Shown here piece by piece: positions 61,801 to 64,000 of a stretch of 64,000 nt of DNA. Position 1 is the stretch's first letter, and each line of letters starts with the position of its first letter. The notes under the pieces are model-generated. The model was not told the origin of the DNA, searched no databases, and saw only the letters and a program-made list of their open reading frames with translations. Both the position numbers and the translations under genes were made by a program. Source of the stretch: Azolla caroliniana. Lineage: Eukaryota; Plantae; Polypodiophyta. The DNA lies in the NCBI GenBank assembly GCA_043228905.1, contig JBHGNT010000013.1, positions 806,001-870,000 on the forward strand. The letters are read 5' to 3'.

Positions 61801-64000
61801 TTGGTACGACTACGATCGGGCTCAGCCATGTCGCTTTCTTTACTGGACGGATAAAGCCAACTCTTAGAAGTTTGTCGATTTCCTCCTTGACTTTGGCGGC
61901 ATAATTGGGATTCATCCGGTACCGTCTTTGTGCCACTGGTTTTGCATCCTTGCTCAAGTGAACCTAATGCTGGTATAACTGAGGGTCGAGTCCTTGCATG
62001 TCTTCGTATGACCAGGCGAACACATTGCGAAATTCCGTAAGAAGTGTGATCATCGCCGTTTTGTCTTCAGACTTCATCTCCTTGGCGATGTGCACCGGTT
62101 TTGCTTCGTCCGTGGTCCCTAGGTTCACCTCTTCAAGTTGCTGTGAAACGGCCATTTCCCGTTGTCGCGTAGTTACGCGCGTGCGTGTAGAAGGGGTGAG
62201 ACCACAGGGGTCTTGGACTAGGGAGTGGAGGAGAAAGAATAGGACATGATATGGAGGCTTAGCTCAAGAGGAGAAGAGGAAAGAATAAGACCACGACATA
62301 GAAGGAGAGATCGGCGGAGGCAAGATGTTCAACAAGTTATGTTAAAACAACGAATGGTTACAACAATGGTGGCTGCCATGGCCGCACTAAAAATGACTAT
62401 CTGCAAACCCTCAAGGAAAACCCAAGAAGAAAGACTAACCGAAACCCTAACCCTAAAACGAAATGGGAAGAAGGAGAACCCTAGACTAAGTGGTATACCT
62501 TACTCACACAAAATAGGCAACCCTTCATAAGTGACCCCTCCCTTCCTTTTATAGTCCAAGGAGGGAGGGACCTTACAATGTGGGATAAAATTTCCCCTCT
62601 CTTTCTATACACCATATCCTAGTTTACATGTGCACATGTAGCACACCACCGACTTGGCCTCCCCACCCCGGTTTCCGCCTATGGACGAAATTCTTCACGA
62701 CACCGTTCCAACGCTTCCTGCGCCAACCGTAACTCCCGGATTGCGTCTTCATCCGGTTCTGCTTCAGCCTCTTCCGACTGCGGTAAGTATGGTGCTACTG
62801 CTTCAGCAATGTCAATCTCGAAGAGGGGTATGATCTTCGGGTTTTCCTGCAAGTAATGAGCTTCTTCTTCGTTAGCTAATCCTTCTAGCATGTTGCGCAC
62901 TCTGCATACAACGGTGTACATTCCTTGCCAGTGCTCGTCCTTGGCTGTGTTGGTACCCGTACCTTGGCTTTTCCTCGCCGGAAGGTAATTATATTTTTCC
63001 TCCAATTCTGTTTGATATGTGTCGTTTTTAACCACGGCCGCCCTAGTAATAGCGGGTATGCACCTTGTGCCTGTAATTGTAGCACTACTGTCGAGATATG
63101 AAATGTATGACCGCCCACAGTGACTTCTAATTTCCGTATTAATTCTGTCGGCCGCACTGAGCTTGTATCGGCCATCCGTAACCAGAACGGACACGGCTCC
63201 CACTCATGGATTCCCAGGGCATCACACGTCCAGAGGCTTATTACATTCACCTCGGAGCCTCCGTCTCTAACTATGCCGGGGAGTTCTTTCCCTTTTACAA
63301 TGGCGGTGATAACCGGACTGTTGGTGTCCACCACAGTTGGTCCTTCCTCTGGGTTCGAGAAGAGTATTGGTGCTGGTGATGATTCTCCTGCCGTCATGGC
63401 CGTCTTCAGTCCTTCCGTGAATCTTGGCACGAGCTGTAGGAGTCTTCCTAGTGGCAGCGTAATCTGGCATTCTTGCAACGCCTGCCATATCTCGTTCTCG
63501 GAGTGACTGCCGCCGGCAAGCCCTACGGTGTTCTCCTTTTGCCGTTGTAAGTCTGTGACATTCTGCTCGTTTGCTTTCTTTACCCATTCTGTCGCTTGCT
63601 TCTGGATGGTCTCCTGTGTCTCCCATTCCTTGACCATGCCCTTCGACCTTGTGGTCACCTGCTGCAAATCTGCCACCTCAGGGACTACCATATTTACTGT
63701 CGGTCGTCTTTCATAGCTCTTCACCGGGCATTGATTACTATAATGGCCTTCCTGTCGGCAGTAGTAGCAGTAGGCTTTCCGGGTATTGCTGGATTCGGCA
63801 TTGTCTGTTGTACCCGAGGCCGGTCCTGTGGTAAGCGCGGGGTTTTGGGCCGGTTGGCTGCTTGAAGCTCCTTGTTCCGAATCCCGTGGGTAGCCGCCTT
63901 TTTTGAAATGCCGTTTTTTGTTATAGTTCTTCTTATTGCGGTACTCTTGACGAGGTTGCTCGTTATATCAGCCATATTCCTCTCGTTGCTGACGATACCC
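58861..64000 (-). mobile_element. Athila-like Gypsy pol region (PR-RT-RH-INT), continues beyond the window
   Basis: DGGSEVN protease, LDGFSGYNQI, FLDD, VFVDASD, ADYLSRLE, ISDQG and RWTGPY motifs; a few stops and frameshifts. Its 3' part resumes left of the Copia at 53523. Confidence 0.93.
62186..62645 (-). mobile_element. Solo LTR inside the Athila-like pol
   Basis: TGTGCTACATG...CCCCTTCTACA on the minus strand; similar to the 33.2-33.9 kb LTR; interrupts the PR-RT linker. Confidence 0.75.

Overview
This is repeat-dense land-plant DNA, probably from a non-seed plant such as a fern (inferred from the TE repertoire and microsatellites). I found no clear intact host gene. The window is a pile of nested transposons: two 5'-truncated L1-type LINEs, several Gypsy elements and LTR remnants, two decayed Copia elements and one very young Copia (53524-58860). 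The highlight is a 12.1-kb Sola2-type DNA transposon (20373-32494; 26-bp TIRs, 4-bp TSD ATAG). It carries an apparently intact 3-exon DDD transposase (~813 aa) and a convergent, apparently intact 6-exon accessory gene (~922 aa: plant-transposon/PMD-like domain, coiled coil, RING-H2, acidic repeats), with AGTAC-motif tandem arrays filling the long intron of each gene. It sits inside a non-autonomous hAT-like element (18836-32808, TSD GTCCCCCC), which itself splits a Gypsy LTR. Also notable are antisense tRNA-like Pol III cassettes in two LTR families, a covarying U5 hairpin shared by six dissimilar LTRs, and an Athila-like extra ORF that appears to share a domain with the Sola accessory protein. 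All family assignments come from motif recognition by eye; no database searches were run.
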